Notes: generated by a model not told the origin, from the letters alone. A stretch of DNA of 64,000 nucleotides from an uncultured Pelagibacteraceae bacterium (GCA_902581585.1 CACHPB010000002.1:64709-128708), one strand, 5' to 3'; shown: positions 28,859 through 40,224, counted from the stretch's first letter. Made by a program: numbers and translations.

Positions 28859-30014
28859 TTATAATTGGAATTATCCTACTACTATTTGGGTTGGCAAAGA
28901 TAGAATAAAAGATCTTTATTTGGCCTGTTCAAATTTAAAAATTCAAAATCCTTTATTTGTGACCGATAAGGATTTGATAAACTTACCAATGGTTAAAGAA
29001 GTAATTTCAAAAATTAAAAATAAAATTGATAATATAGTAGTGTTCTCTGATTTTTCAGGAAATCCTTTTGGTGAGAATGTTGAAGAAGGTGTTAAAGAAT
29101 TTAAGAAAAATAATTGCGATGGGGTAATTGCTTTTGGAGGCGGAAGCGGACTTGATGTGGGAAAAGCAATTGCATTTATGTCTGCACAAACAAGACCTTT
29201 ATGGGACTTTGAGGACATTGGAGATTATTGGAAAAGAGCAAATAATGAAAATATACCTCCTATAATTGCTATTCCAACCACAGCAGGAACTGGTTCAGAA
29301 ACAGGGAGAGCTTCTGCGATAATAAATAAAGAAACTGGAGTTAAAAAAATAATTTTCCATCCAAAATTTTTACCATCAATAGTTATTTTAGACCCAATTT
29401 TAACAAAAGATCTTTCTCCAAGATTAACAGGAGCAACTGGCATGGATGCACTAGCACATAATTTAGAGGCATTTTGTGCACCAGGCTTCCATCCAATGGC
29501 TGATGGAATTGCAATTGAAGGAATGAAACTAATAAAGAAATCTTTATTAAATGCAGTACATAATGGTAATGACCTTGATGCAAGATCTGATTTGTTAGCT
29601 GCTGCCAGTATGGGTTCAACCGCTTTTCAGAAAGGTCTTGGTGCTATTCATTCATTAAGTCATCCATTAAATGCTAAGTTCAATATTCATCATGGATTAT
29701 CTAACGCAATATTCATGCCATATGTATTAACTTTCAATAGAGAAGCTATAGAAGAGAGAATTATTTCTATTTGTGATTATCTTAATTTATCGAAAAGTTT
29801 TAATTCTTTCTTAGAGTGGATACTAGATTTGAGAAAAGAATTAGAAATACCTCATAAATTATCAGATGTGATTGATATAAATAAGCTCGATATAGATGAA
29901 CTATCTGAAATGGCTTTGAATGACCCGTCAACTACATCTAACCCCAAAACATTGACAATTTCTGATATGAAAATAATTTACAAAAATAGCATCTCTGGAG
30001 AATTGTTTAAATGA
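28851..30014 (+). CDS. Iron-containing alcohol dehydrogenase
   Basis: GGGSGLD.GK, PTTAGTGSE, GMDALAH..E, HSLSH, HHG..NA. Confidence 0.9.
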   Translation: MSNYNWNYPTTIWVGKDRIKDLYLACSNLKIQNPLFVTDKDLINLPMVKEVISKIKNKIDNIVVFSDFSGNPFGENVEEGVKEFKKNNCDGVIAFGGGSGLDVGKAIAFMSAQTRPLWDFEDIGDYWKRANNENIPPIIAIPTTAGTGSETGRASAIINKETGVKKIIFHPKFLPSIVILDPILTKDLSPRLTGATGMDALAHNLEAFCAPGFHPMADGIAIEGMKLIKKSLLNAVHNGNDLDARSDLLAAASMGSTAFQKGLGAIHSLSHPLNAKFNIHHGLSNAIFMPYVLTFNREAIEERIISICDYLNLSKSFNSFLEWILDLRKELEIPHKLSDVIDINKLDIDELSEMALNDPSTTSNPKTLTISDMKIIYKNSISGELFK

Positions 30015-30796
30015 AAAAGATATTAATAGTTGAAGGTAATCTTAAAGAGGAAAATCAAAGTTTTACTGAAGGTGGAATAAAAACTCACACTGAAAGTCTA
30101 AAAGATAGTATTAGTTATTTCACAAATGATTTAGAAATCGATGTAGTTAATCCTTCATCTGATAAAAATATTTCAGAAGTAGCAAAAGGTTTAGAAAAAT
30201 TTGATGGAATGATCTGGGGAGGAAGTAGTTTAAATATATATAATGATACACTAGAAATAAGAAGACAAATAGAATTTATGAGATCGTGTCAAAATAAAAT
30301 AAAGAAAATACTAGCAATTTGTTGGGGTCTTCAGGTAGCCGCTACTGTTGCTGGAGGACAAGTAAAGAGATGCATGACTGGATCTCATAGAGGAATAGCC
30401 CATGATATTGAGATCAATAGTAATGGATTGCAACATCCAATTTATAAAAATAAAAATGAAACTTTTAATACTCCAGCATTCAATTTTGATGAAGTTGTAA
30501 AATTACCTGAAAATTCAATCTTGTTGGCTTCAAATCCTATAAATAAAGTAATGGGGGTCAATTTCAAATCTGGAGTAAGTGATATTTGGGGAATTCAATA
30601 CCACCCAGAAATTACTTATGATAAAATGATAAGTCTTATTCATTTTAGAAAAGATCGTCTGTTAAATAATAAAGCTTTTGTTGATGAGCAGGAGATAAAT
30701 AATCATGTAGCTATGATTGCAGAAGAAAATAAAAAATCAAATAAAGATCTTAGAATGCGAGAACTTGAAAATTGGTTAAATTATCTTTTAAAATAA
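30011..30796 (+). CDS. Class I glutamine-amidotransferase-like protein
   Basis: ICWGLQ nucleophile elbow and QYHPE triad. Confidence 0.85.
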   Translation: MKKILIVEGNLKEENQSFTEGGIKTHTESLKDSISYFTNDLEIDVVNPSSDKNISEVAKGLEKFDGMIWGGSSLNIYNDTLEIRRQIEFMRSCQNKIKKILAICWGLQVAATVAGGQVKRCMTGSHRGIAHDIEINSNGLQHPIYKNKNETFNTPAFNFDEVVKLPENSILLASNPINKVMGVNFKSGVSDIWGIQYHPEITYDKMISLIHFRKDRLLNNKAFVDEQEINNHVAMIAEENKKSNKDLRMRELENWLNYLLK

Positions 30797-32464
30797 TCCT
30801 TCTGTTTCACCTTTATCATTAATTTTTATTTTATCTGCAGCTGGCACCTTTGGTAACCCAGGCATAGTCATTATAGCACCGCAAACAACTACGATAAATT
30901 CTGCTCCCGATGATAACCTTACTTCTCTTATTGGTAGAACATGTCCGGATGGTGCGCCTTTTAAATTAGGGTCTGTAGAAAAACTATATTGTGTCTTTGC
31001 AATACAAATTGGCAAGGATTGGTAACCTGTCTCTTCAAAATTTTTTAATTGTTCTCTTATTTTAGTATCTGCTACAACTTCACTTGCTCTATACAATTCC
31101 TTAGCAATCGTCTCAATTTTTTTAAATAATGATATTTTATCATCGTATAAAAATTTGAAGTCACTTCCTTTTTCACACAGTTCAGCAACATTGTTTGCTA
31201 AATCTACTGCTCCTTCTCCACCTTTTTCCCAATGTTTAGATATTGATGCTGTTACACCTTTTTGTTGACAAAATTTTATAACTTCATCGACCTCTTTGTC
31301 TGTATCCAAAACAAAGTGATTAATAGCTACTGTAACAGGCAAGCCAAATTTTTGAATATTTTCAATATGTCTTTCTAAATTCACCAATCCTTTTTTTACA
31401 GCATCTATATTTTCATTTTTAAGTTCATCTTTGTTAACACCACCGTGCATTTTTAATGCTCTTATAGTTGCTACAATCACCACACAACTTGGTTTTAATC
31501 CTGATTTTCTACATTTTATATCTAAGAATTTTTCAGCACCTAGATCGGCACCAAATCCTGCTTCAGTAACAACATAGTCTGATAGTTTTAATGCAGTTTT
31601 AGTTGCTAATACAGAATTACAACCATGCGCAATATTAGCGAAAGGACCTCCATGGATTATTGCGGGATTATTTTCCAAAGTTTGAGTTACATTTGGTCTA
31701 ATTGCATCTTTTAACAAAACAGTCATTGGACCATGTGCATTTAAATCTTTTGCATAAATTGCTTTTTTATCTCTTGTGTATGCAACAGTTATATTTCCAA
31801 TTCTATTTTCAAGATCATGTAGATCATTAGATAAACAAAAGATCGCCATGATTTCAGATGCAACTGTAATATCAAAACCATCTTCTCTTGGGAAACCATT
31901 TGCAACACCACCAAGATTTATATTGATAGATCTTAATGCTCGATCATTCATATCAAGCACTCTTTTCCAAACTATTCTTCTTACATCTATATTTAATTTA
32001 TTACCCCAATAAATATGGTTATCTATTAAAGCGGATAAAAGATTATGAGCAGAAGTGATTGCATGAAAGTCACCTGTGAAATGAAGATTTATTTGTTCCA
32101 TAGGAACAACTTGCGCATAACCACCACCAGCTGCGCCACCCTTCATTCCAAATGAAGGACCTAAGCTCGGCTCTCTTAAACAAACAATAGATTTTTTCCC
32201 TATTTTATTTAATCCATCAGACAATCCCACTGAAGTAGTTGTTTTTCCTTCTCCAGCTGGAGTAGGAGTAATTGCTGTAACTAATATTAATTTTCCGTCT
32301 TTTTTATTTTTAAATTTTTCAAGATATTCCAGTTTGATCTTAGCTATGTATCTACTTATTGGACTATATGCCTCAGCATTATCTGGAACACCAACTCCAT
32401 CCAAAATCTCTTGAATTGGTTTCATATTTGCTTCTCTTGCAATTTGGATATCTGTTTTTGACAT
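30788..32464 (-). CDS. fhs: Formate-tetrahydrofolate ligase
   Basis: [52 protein letters not shown]. Confidence 0.97.
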   Translation of the reverse strand: MSKTDIQIAREANMKPIQEILDGVGVPDNAEAYSPISRYIAKIKLEYLEKFKNKKDGKLILVTAITPTPAGEGKTTTSVGLSDGLNKIGKKSIVCLREPSLGPSFGMKGGAAGGGYAQVVPMEQINLHFTGDFHAITSAHNLLSALIDNHIYWGNKLNIDVRRIVWKRVLDMNDRALRSININLGGVANGFPREDGFDITVASEIMAIFCLSNDLHDLENRIGNITVAYTRDKKAIYAKDLNAHGPMTVLLKDAIRPNVTQTLENNPAIIHGGPFANIAHGCNSVLATKTALKLSDYVVTEAGFGADLGAEKFLDIKCRKSGLKPSCVVIVATIRALKMHGGVNKDELKNENIDAVKKGLVNLERHIENIQKFGLPVTVAINHFVLDTDKEVDEVIKFCQQKGVTASISKHWEKGGEGAVDLANNVAELCEKGSDFKFLYDDKISLFKKIETIAKELYRASEVVADTKIREQLKNFEETGYQSLPICIAKTQYSFSTDPNLKGAPSGHVLPIREVRLSSGAEFIVVVCGAIMTMPGLPKVPAADKIKINDKGETEGLF

Positions 32465-32592
32465 TTGGTTTAAAACCTATAATAAATTAATGTGCAAAAT
32501 TTCTATACTTTTTTAATAGGATTTTAAACATCTAAAAGATATATATATAAAAAATAAGAAAAAATTTAAGTTTAATTAGATAAAATTATTAA

Positions 32593-33849
32593 ATGCAAAA
32601 ATACTCAGTTTTTAGTCTAATAAAAAATGCATTCTCAGATCATCAAAATTGGGAAGTTGCATGGAAAGACCCAACTCCTAAAAAAGAATACGATGTAATT
32701 ATCATTGGCGGGGGAGGTCATGGATTAGCAACCGCATATTACTTAGCAAAAGAACACAACATTACAAATGTTGCTATCATTGAAAAAGGTTGGATAGGTG
32801 GAGGAAACGTTGGAAGGAATACTACAATTATTAGGTCTAATTACATGCATGATGAGAATGGTTTGTTTAGCGAATTTGGTATGGATCTTTGGAGAAAGAT
32901 GAGCCAAGATTTAAATTATAATGTAATGTTTTCTCCAAGAGGAATTATTAATCTTGCCCACTCAGATGCACAAATGAATGCCTATTCAAGAAGAGGAAAT
33001 TCTATGCGTTTGAATGGAATTGATGCGGTTTTGTTAAATAGAGAAGAAGTTCAAAAGTTAATTCCAATGGCAGACTTTTCTGACAATGTAAGGTTTCCAA
33101 TTTTTGGAGGCTTGATGCAACCAAGCGCTGGAACAGCAAGACACGATGCTGTTGCCTGGGGTTATGCGAGACAAGCAGACTCCATGGGTGTTGATATAAT
33201 TCAAAATTGTGAAGTTACAGGATTTGATGTCTCAAATGGAAAAATTCTTGGAGTAAGAACTTCTAAAGGAGACATTAAAGCAAAGAAAGTTGGTTTATGT
33301 GTTGCAGGAAGTACAAATATTTTGGCAGAAATGTTAAATATGACCTTACCAATTGAAACTCATTTGCTTCAAGCATGTGTATCAGAGCCTATTAAACCTT
33401 TGCTTGATCATGTTGTTACATTTGGTGCAGGACATTTTTATTGTAGCCAATCAGATAAAGGAGAAATGGTTATGGGTGGAGACTTGGATGGATATAATAG
33501 TTATTCTCAAAGAGGAAACTTACCTACTCTTCAACATGTTTTAACAGAAGGGATTGCGATGTTTCCATTTCTTAGCAAATTAAAAATGTTAAGAACTTGG
33601 GGTGGAATAATGGATATGTCCATGGATGGTTCACCAATTATAGATAAAACACATATTAATGGATTATATTTAAATTGTGGTTGGTGCTATGGTGGATTTA
33701 AAGCAACTCCAGCTTCCGGATGGACTTTTGCACATACAATTGCCCAAGACAGAGTTCATGATTTAAATGCCGGTTACAGCCTCAACAGATTTAGCACTGG
33801 AAATTTAATTGATGAAAAAGGCCTAGGAACTAAAACCTGGATATCATAA
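32593..33849 (+). CDS. soxB: Heterotetrameric sarcosine oxidase / N-methylglutamate dehydrogenase beta subunit
   Basis: GGGGHGLATAYYLA, GRNTTIIRSNY, ARHDAVAWGYAR, GGFKATP. Confidence 0.92.
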   Translation: MQKYSVFSLIKNAFSDHQNWEVAWKDPTPKKEYDVIIIGGGGHGLATAYYLAKEHNITNVAIIEKGWIGGGNVGRNTTIIRSNYMHDENGLFSEFGMDLWRKMSQDLNYNVMFSPRGIINLAHSDAQMNAYSRRGNSMRLNGIDAVLLNREEVQKLIPMADFSDNVRFPIFGGLMQPSAGTARHDAVAWGYARQADSMGVDIIQNCEVTGFDVSNGKILGVRTSKGDIKAKKVGLCVAGSTNILAEMLNMTLPIETHLLQACVSEPIKPLLDHVVTFGAGHFYCSQSDKGEMVMGGDLDGYNSYSQRGNLPTLQHVLTEGIAMFPFLSKLKMLRTWGGIMDMSMDGSPIIDKTHINGLYLNCGWCYGGFKATPASGWTFAHTIAQDRVHDLNAGYSLNRFSTGNLIDEKGLGTKTWIS

Positions 33850-34119
33850 ATGTTATATATCAACTGTCCACATTGTGGACTTAGATCTCAGAATGAATTT
33901 GCTTATGGCGGGGATGCAACAGTAAAGCGTCCTGAACTTAATAAAGAAATAAGCGATCAAGAATGGGATAATTTTGTATACTTAAGAAAAAGTCCAAGAG
34001 GAAAACATTTAGAATTATGGCATCATATTTCTGGATGTAGACAATGGATTAAAGTTGAGAGAGATACATCAACTCACGAAATTTTTAAAACTTATAAAGC
34101 AAACGAAGCAATAGAATAA
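33850..34119 (+). CDS. soxD: Sarcosine oxidase / Mgd delta subunit
   Basis: CPHCG.R...EF.YGG and W.H..GCRQW zinc motif. Confidence 0.92.
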   Translation: MLYINCPHCGLRSQNEFAYGGDATVKRPELNKEISDQEWDNFVYLRKSPRGKHLELWHHISGCRQWIKVERDTSTHEIFKTYKANEAIE

Positions 34120-37115
34120 TGTCCCAGGATTTTAGATTAGATAATGTTGGAATGGTCAATAGAGAAAAAAAAATCTCGTTTAAATTTAATGGCAAAAAAT
34201 ATTTTGGTTTCGAGGGAGATACTATCGCATCTGCCTTAATAGCGAATGGAGTTCATTTAGTAGGTAGAAGTTTTAAATATCACAGACCTAGGGGTTTTTT
34301 TGGAGTTGGCGTTGATGAGCCCTATGCAATTCTACAGTTAGATAGAAATAATGAGAGAGATCCAAATATAAGAGCAACAGAACAAGAAATTTTTGAAGGG
34401 CTAGAGGTTAAGAGTGTTAATTGTTGGCCTAGTGTAAATTTTGATATTGGGGCGATAAACAATTTCTTAAAAATGTTTTTTCCAGCTGGTTTCTATTACA
34501 AAACATTTATGTGGCCTCCTAGCTTTTGGTATAAAATATACGAACCTTTTATTCGAATGGCGGCTGGATTTGGAGAAGCCTCTATCAAACATGATAAAGA
34601 AAGATATGAGCATAAATATGAGTATTGTGATTTATTAATAACAGGATCTGGGCCTTCAGGTTTAGCAAGTGCTTATGCCGCTGCCAAGAATGGAGCCCGG
34701 GTAATATTGGCTGAGGATAAACCAAGATTTGGAGGTAGCTTATTAACAAGTGATGTAAATATCGGAAACCAAACAGGTGTTGAGTGGACAGAAAAAATTA
34801 TAGCAGAACTTAAGTCCATGCCTAATGTTACAGTAAAAAATAGATCACAAGTTTTTGGTTACTATGATCACAATATGTTAGTAATGTCAGAGCGTATTAG
34901 TGATCACTTGCCAAAAACTCAAAAATATCTCCCTAAACAACGTTTGTGGTACATAAGAGCAAATGAAGTATTGATTTCATCAGGTTCAATTGAAAGACCT
35001 TTAGTTTTTGGAAATAATGATACTCCAGGAGTTATGTTATCGTCAGCTGCCAAAGAGTACATGAAAGTTTATGGCGTATTAGTTGGAAAAAAACCTTTAA
35101 TTTTCACCAACAATGATAGTGGCTATGAAACCGCAATTGAATTTAAAAAAAACGGGGTAAATCCAATTATATTGGATACAAGAAGCGATCCCTCTTCAGA
35201 CATTATAGCTGAGGCAAAAAATTTAAATATTGAAATTAAATTCTCACATGTAGTTGTTGCTGCAAAAGGCTATAAAAAAGTTAAATCAGCAGATATTGCT
35301 AAAATATCTGACGATAAAAAAGAATTATTTAACATAGAAAATATTGAATGTGATTGTATCTGTGTATCAGGTTTTTGGACACCATCTATTCATTTAGCAT
35401 CACAGTCAGGAAACAAATCTAAATTTAACGAAAAAATTGATGCATTTGTACCAGATAAATCTAAACAAAAAGAAAATACAATTGGGTCAGCAAATGGAAT
35501 ATTTACATTGGAGGAAACTATTAAAGATGCTTTTGATAAAGGTTTTGATGTTTCAAATAAAATAACTGAAAAAAATAATAAAGTTTCAGTACCGACAGTA
35601 GTAGAAAAAAAATCAACGGATCATGACAAATTTTGGTGTGTTCCTTTGCCAAAAGGTAAATCTTATAAAAGGTTTTTAGATTTTCAAAATGACGTAGCGG
35701 TTTCTGATATTGAGCTAGCGCTAAGAGAAGGTTTCAGGTCTATCGAGCATGTAAAAAGATATACAACACTTGGTATGGCTACCGACCAAGGAAAAACGAG
35801 TAATTTAAATGGATTACAATTAGTTTCTGATATTGAGAATAAAGTTGTTCCACAAGTAGGACATACGACTTTTAGACCTCCTTATACTCCAGTTTCAATT
35901 GGAGCAATCGTAGGAAGAGAAGTTGGCAAACATTCTAAACCAACAAGAAAATCACCTATGCATTCATGGCATGAAAAAAATAATGCAGTATTTGTTGATG
36001 CAGGGGTTTGGTTAAGACCAAGATATTACAAGCAAGGAAATGAAGGGTTATTTGAAGCATCAAAAAGAGAGGCAAAGAATGTAAGACAAAATGTAGGTGT
36101 ATGTGATGTTACAACATTAGGTAAAATAGATGTTAAAGGACCAGATGCAGCAGAATTTTTAAATAGAGTTTATACTAACGCTTGGCTTAAACTTCCAGTA
36201 GGTAAAGCAAGATACGGTGTAATGTTAAGAGAAGATGGAATTGTAATGGATGATGGAACAACAACAAGGATTTCCAAAAATCATTATCACATGACAACTA
36301 CAACAGCTCAAGCAGCAAATGTTCTATCTCATTTAGAATATTATTTACAACTAGTGTGGCCAGAATTAAATGTAAACGTTGTATCAACCACAGAGCAATG
36401 GGCAGGCGCAGCAATCGCAGGACCTAATTCTAGAAAATTATTAATGAAATTATTCCCTAATTTAGATGTTTCAAACGAAGGTTTGCCATTTATGGGTTAT
36501 AAAGAGGCTGATTTATTTGGAGTTCCTGCAAAAATTTACAGAATTTCGTTTTCTGGTGAGTTAGCATATGAGATTAACGTTGAATCTGATAACGGATATT
36601 TCATGTGGGAAAAAATCATGGAAGTTGGAAAAGAATTTCAAATACAACCATATGGAACTGAAGCTTTATCAACTTTAAGAATAGAAATGGGCCATGTAGC
36701 AGGATCTGAATTAGATGGAAGAACAATCCCTTACGATGCATCTTTAGAAGGGCTAGTTAGTAAGAAAAAAGATTTTATAGGCAAAAGATCTTTAAACAGA
36801 TCTGCCTTTACATCTACGGATAGAGAAAAATTAGTTGGCGTAGTTCCAATTGATAAAACTACAAGTATACCTGAGGGATCTTACATAGTAAAAGATCCAA
36901 AAGCAAAATTACCTAACCCAAAATTAGGTCATGTTTCGGCATCATGTTGGAGTGTTGAACATGATAACCCATTTTCTTTAGCAATAATTAAAGATGGTAA
37001 AAATATGATAGGACAAAAACTCTTTGCTATGTCACCTTTAAAAAACAAAACAATACCTGTAGAGATTGTCTCTTCTCATTATGTAGATCCTGAAGGAAAG
37101 AGAGTTAGATCATGA
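34119..37115 (+). CDS. soxA: Sarcosine oxidase / Mgd alpha subunit
   Basis: GDTIASAL, RSFKYHRPRG, KRYTTLGMATDQGK, C-terminal GcvT domain. Confidence 0.93.
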   Translation: MSQDFRLDNVGMVNREKKISFKFNGKKYFGFEGDTIASALIANGVHLVGRSFKYHRPRGFFGVGVDEPYAILQLDRNNERDPNIRATEQEIFEGLEVKSVNCWPSVNFDIGAINNFLKMFFPAGFYYKTFMWPPSFWYKIYEPFIRMAAGFGEASIKHDKERYEHKYEYCDLLITGSGPSGLASAYAAAKNGARVILAEDKPRFGGSLLTSDVNIGNQTGVEWTEKIIAELKSMPNVTVKNRSQVFGYYDHNMLVMSERISDHLPKTQKYLPKQRLWYIRANEVLISSGSIERPLVFGNNDTPGVMLSSAAKEYMKVYGVLVGKKPLIFTNNDSGYETAIEFKKNGVNPIILDTRSDPSSDIIAEAKNLNIEIKFSHVVVAAKGYKKVKSADIAKISDDKKELFNIENIECDCICVSGFWTPSIHLASQSGNKSKFNEKIDAFVPDKSKQKENTIGSANGIFTLEETIKDAFDKGFDVSNKITEKNNKVSVPTVVEKKSTDHDKFWCVPLPKGKSYKRFLDFQNDVAVSDIELALREGFRSIEHVKRYTTLGMATDQGKTSNLNGLQLVSDIENKVVPQVGHTTFRPPYTPVSIGAIVGREVGKHSKPTRKSPMHSWHEKNNAVFVDAGVWLRPRYYKQGNEGLFEASKREAKNVRQNVGVCDVTTLGKIDVKGPDAAEFLNRVYTNAWLKLPVGKARYGVMLREDGIVMDDGTTTRISKNHYHMTTTTAQAANVLSHLEYYLQLVWPELNVNVVSTTEQWAGAAIAGPNSRKLLMKLFPNLDVSNEGLPFMGYKEADLFGVPAKIYRISFSGELAYEINVESDNGYFMWEKIMEVGKEFQIQPYGTEALSTLRIEMGHVAGSELDGRTIPYDASLEGLVSKKKDFIGKRSLNRSAFTSTDREKLVGVVPIDKTTSIPEGSYIVKDPKAKLPNPKLGHVSASCWSVEHDNPFSLAIIKDGKNMIGQKLFAMSPLKNKTIPVEIVSSHYVDPEGKRVRS

Positions 37116-37699
37116 CGATGATATCACCTTTGCAAAACATTCATTCAGAGGGCTCTTATGGAAATTTTGAAAATAAAACTGAAAATGAATTATTGAAAAT
37201 TTCTGAGTTAAAAAATTTATTAATTGTTCAAATAGTTCAGTACAAAAATTCCTCAATTAAAATAAATGATATAAAACTTAATAATTTGCAATTTGTTAAC
37301 GAAGCACAAAAAGTTGTCGCAAATGAAAATTTAAGAATATTGTGGAATTCACCAAACAATTGGCTTGTTGTTTCCAAAAAAAAAGAACTTTTTAGTGAAA
37401 TTTTGAAAAATTTTAATGATAGCGACTTTGCTGTTACAGATCTCTCACATTCTAAGGCGATTATAGAAATAGAAGGGCCTAATGTTAAAGAGGTTTTAAA
37501 AAAAGGTTGTCCGTTTAATTTCAATATATTTAGTAAAAATATGTGCATCAACTCATCATATAACGGAATATCTTTTTTAGTTGATATGGTTGAAGATGAT
37601 CCTGAAAAAGCTAGAATTTTTTCACTTCGTAGTTTTGGAGAATCTATGTACCACTCAATAACTGATGCTTCACTAGAATATGGCTATAAATGTATCTAG
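37112..37699 (+). CDS. soxG: Sarcosine oxidase / Mgd gamma subunit
   Basis: SPNNWL, TDLSH, L.KGCP, RSF. Position in the operon. Confidence 0.85.
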   Translation: MTMISPLQNIHSEGSYGNFENKTENELLKISELKNLLIVQIVQYKNSSIKINDIKLNNLQFVNEAQKVVANENLRILWNSPNNWLVVSKKKELFSEILKNFNDSDFAVTDLSHSKAIIEIEGPNVKEVLKKGCPFNFNIFSKNMCINSSYNGISFLVDMVEDDPEKARIFSLRSFGESMYHSITDASLEYGYKCI

Positions 37700-37702
37700 A
37701 AA

Positions 37703-39328
37703 CTATTCAAAAGTTTTAAATCTTGTTTTTTGAATAATAAATACGAATAAAATTGGTAAAATTAAAGTCAGTAATGTTACAGTTATTAATAATATTCCCA
37801 ATTCAGAGTAGTCAGCAGTAGTCAATATTGCATTAGTCACTTTATCTTTGACTTCACGAGTAATTGTATAAATTTCATTTAAGTATTTTGTTCCTAAAGC
37901 ACTTGCTGATAATGCTAAATTTGTAAAAGACGCAAAAACTGCAAAAAAAGTAGCTTTTAGGTGCGAAGGTGCATTTTTAGCAATCCATGCTAGTAAAGGT
38001 ATCATAGAGACCTGACCTAAAGGCGACTCTAATGCTGTATTAATTAGTGCAATAAATTTAGCATCAACAATTCCATTTGTTATTGATGAGGTCCAATTAT
38101 GAAATCCGTAATACATTCCTACACTTGGCAGAAATAATATTGCACCAGCGATTGACAAAACTACAATGATTTTTGCTATAGAATTATTTGACATAAAAGG
38201 TCTAAGCAAAATAATTCCTAACAATGTTAAGACCGAAGCTAGTAGTGATAATATAGAAAAAAACTGCTCATTAAATTTTAGTTCATCTATTTCAAACCAA
38301 GATAGTCCTGGACCTGGACCTGGCATTGCTCTAAATACGAATATAATCACAGCCGTTCCGACAATCGTAGATCTTAAATTTTGAGGCAGTTCTTTTATCA
38401 ATTTACTCATCAGGAACAAAATAATTACCATAGATCCTAAAAAAACTATCTCTTGAGCAAAAGGAACTCCGAAGGAGCCAACGCTGAGTGTAAAAATTAC
38501 AAAAATTAAACTACCACCTAAAATCCACCAATTAATCTCTGTTTTTTCATGTTCGTAATTATCTTCGTTACCGACTAAACCCTGACCAATTAATTTATTT
38601 TTTTTTTTATTTTTAAGATAGTTAGCAAAAATTACTCCTAAAATTGAAACAAATGGTATTACTAGTGCATAAATATAAATTGAGCCATAGAGCTCTATTT
38701 TGTCCGCTTGCTCTAAACTATCTACGCCTTTAAATAAGATTACATTTACTAAAGCAACTAGAACAGTGCCACCGATAATTGCAAATCGTCCAAGTGTCTG
38801 CATTGTAGTATGCATTGTTTTAATCTGATCTTGTGAAAATTTTTGACCTTCTTCATTAACAATTGGAACAGCTTCTACTGTCATTGCATCTGCAACAACA
38901 TCTTGAACCACATAACCAATGGGAGCTAAAAGAACACTTATTACAAACCAAGTTTCTACTTTTAGAATTGTGGACATCCATTCTGTATGGATAATTAATC
39001 CATACATTATCAATAAGCTTAAACCAATTAGTGTAGCTCCTACATAAACCATATAATTTTTTTTGTTCCAAATTAGATCTACTAAATGACCTAATGGCAT
39101 TTTTAGTGCCCAAGGGATACCTGCCCAAAACCCTAGCCCAGCAAGAAAAGCTGCTGATAAATTTAGATAATCTTTAACAAAAAATGTACCCACTATTCCT
39201 GTTAAACCTGAAATTCCAGCTGCAAGATAAATCATTAAAGGTGGTAAATAAGATAGTTTAAATTGTCTTCCTAAATCTAGTAAAGTGGAGTCGATAAATT
39301 TGGAAATTTGATTCATAAAATTATTCAA
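37703..39328 (-). CDS. BT1/folate-biopterin-type MFS transporter
   Basis: PWALKMPLGHLVD, QDVVADAMTVE, AP...ATFFA...SFTN, about 12 TM. Confidence 0.7.
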   Translation of the reverse strand: MNNFMNQISKFIDSTLLDLGRQFKLSYLPPLMIYLAAGISGLTGIVGTFFVKDYLNLSAAFLAGLGFWAGIPWALKMPLGHLVDLIWNKKNYMVYVGATLIGLSLLIMYGLIIHTEWMSTILKVETWFVISVLLAPIGYVVQDVVADAMTVEAVPIVNEEGQKFSQDQIKTMHTTMQTLGRFAIIGGTVLVALVNVILFKGVDSLEQADKIELYGSIYIYALVIPFVSILGVIFANYLKNKKKNKLIGQGLVGNEDNYEHEKTEINWWILGGSLIFVIFTLSVGSFGVPFAQEIVFLGSMVIILFLMSKLIKELPQNLRSTIVGTAVIIFVFRAMPGPGPGLSWFEIDELKFNEQFFSILSLLASVLTLLGIILLRPFMSNNSIAKIIVVLSIAGAILFLPSVGMYYGFHNWTSSITNGIVDAKFIALINTALESPLGQVSMIPLLAWIAKNAPSHLKATFFAVFASFTNLALSASALGTKYLNEIYTITREVKDKVTNAILTTADYSELGILLITVTLLTLILPILFVFIIQKTRFKTFE

Positions 39329-39761
39329 TTATGTTTAATTTTATTAACTTAGTATTCTTTGTTTCATTACACCACAACTCGTAACTTTCACACACTCTCC
39401 ACAAATGGTTAATAGCTCTTTGAGAAATATCTAAAGGAAAATGGCTTTTTGCATAGTATAAATCAGGAAATTTAATTAATTGCTTCATCATTGCTTCTTT
39501 TTGAAGATTTAAAAGCCGGATTACTTCTGCAGAAATTTTTTCGCCAGAATTAATATCAATATAATTATTTTTTTTTAACTCTTCAAACCAATCATCATGA
39601 TACTTACCACTACTTATTTTTTCATATAATGGTGAACCCATGAATCTTTCCATAGCATCAATATTGCTTATATTCCGCTCTTTACTTTTAATTTCACTTA
39701 TTGCTAAATAAATAACCTCAGCAACATAAAGTATATAGGGTTTAGCTAAATTTTTTTTCAT
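39321..39761 (-). CDS. Hypothetical protein
   Basis: 146-aa ORF overlapping the BT1 start by 8 nt. Confidence 0.65.
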   Translation of the reverse strand: MKKNLAKPYILYVAEVIYLAISEIKSKERNISNIDAMERFMGSPLYEKISSGKYHDDWFEELKKNNYIDINSGEKISAEVIRLLNLQKEAMMKQLIKFPDLYYAKSHFPLDISQRAINHLWRVCESYELWCNETKNTKLIKLNIIE

Positions 39762-39765
39762 GAAA

Positions 39766-40224
39766 TTACAAATTTAAATTATAATAACACGAATTTGGAT
39801 CCTCTTTGTAATGTGCAAAAGGTTTGCATTTTTTGAATCCAAAATTTTTAAATAATTTTCTTGCTGGGGCAAAAAAATCTCCAGCTCCTGTTTCAACACT
39901 TAATTTTTTAATTCCAATTTTTTTTGATTTATCTATTAAATGTGCAATAATTTTTTCTCCATATCTTTTTTTCCTAAATTTGTCTACGACCCTTATTGAC
40001 TTAAATTCCCCATGTTCTTCTGAAAGGGTTTTTAAAGCTCCGCATCCAATTAAATCATTATTCTCCCATAAACTCCAAAATTTTATGCTGGGAACTCTCA
40101 AACCTTGCACATCTAATACATGTGAACTACCCTCTGGCGATACAGATCTTAATTCAATAAAATGAATTCTAAGAAGTTCATTTACCTGTGGGTTATCAAA
40201 GTTATTTTCTATTGATTTAATCAT
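39766..40224 (-). CDS. GNAT acetyltransferase (YsnE/YedL-like)
   Basis: SPEGSSHVLD, GCGALK, GEFKS.RV, LSVETG, PFAHYKEDPNS. Start moved to MIKS at 40224. Confidence 0.82.
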   Translation of the reverse strand: MIKSIENNFDNPQVNELLRIHFIELRSVSPEGSSHVLDVQGLRVPSIKFWSLWENNDLIGCGALKTLSEEHGEFKSIRVVDKFRKKRYGEKIIAHLIDKSKKIGIKKLSVETGAGDFFAPARKLFKNFGFKKCKPFAHYKEDPNSCYYNLNL

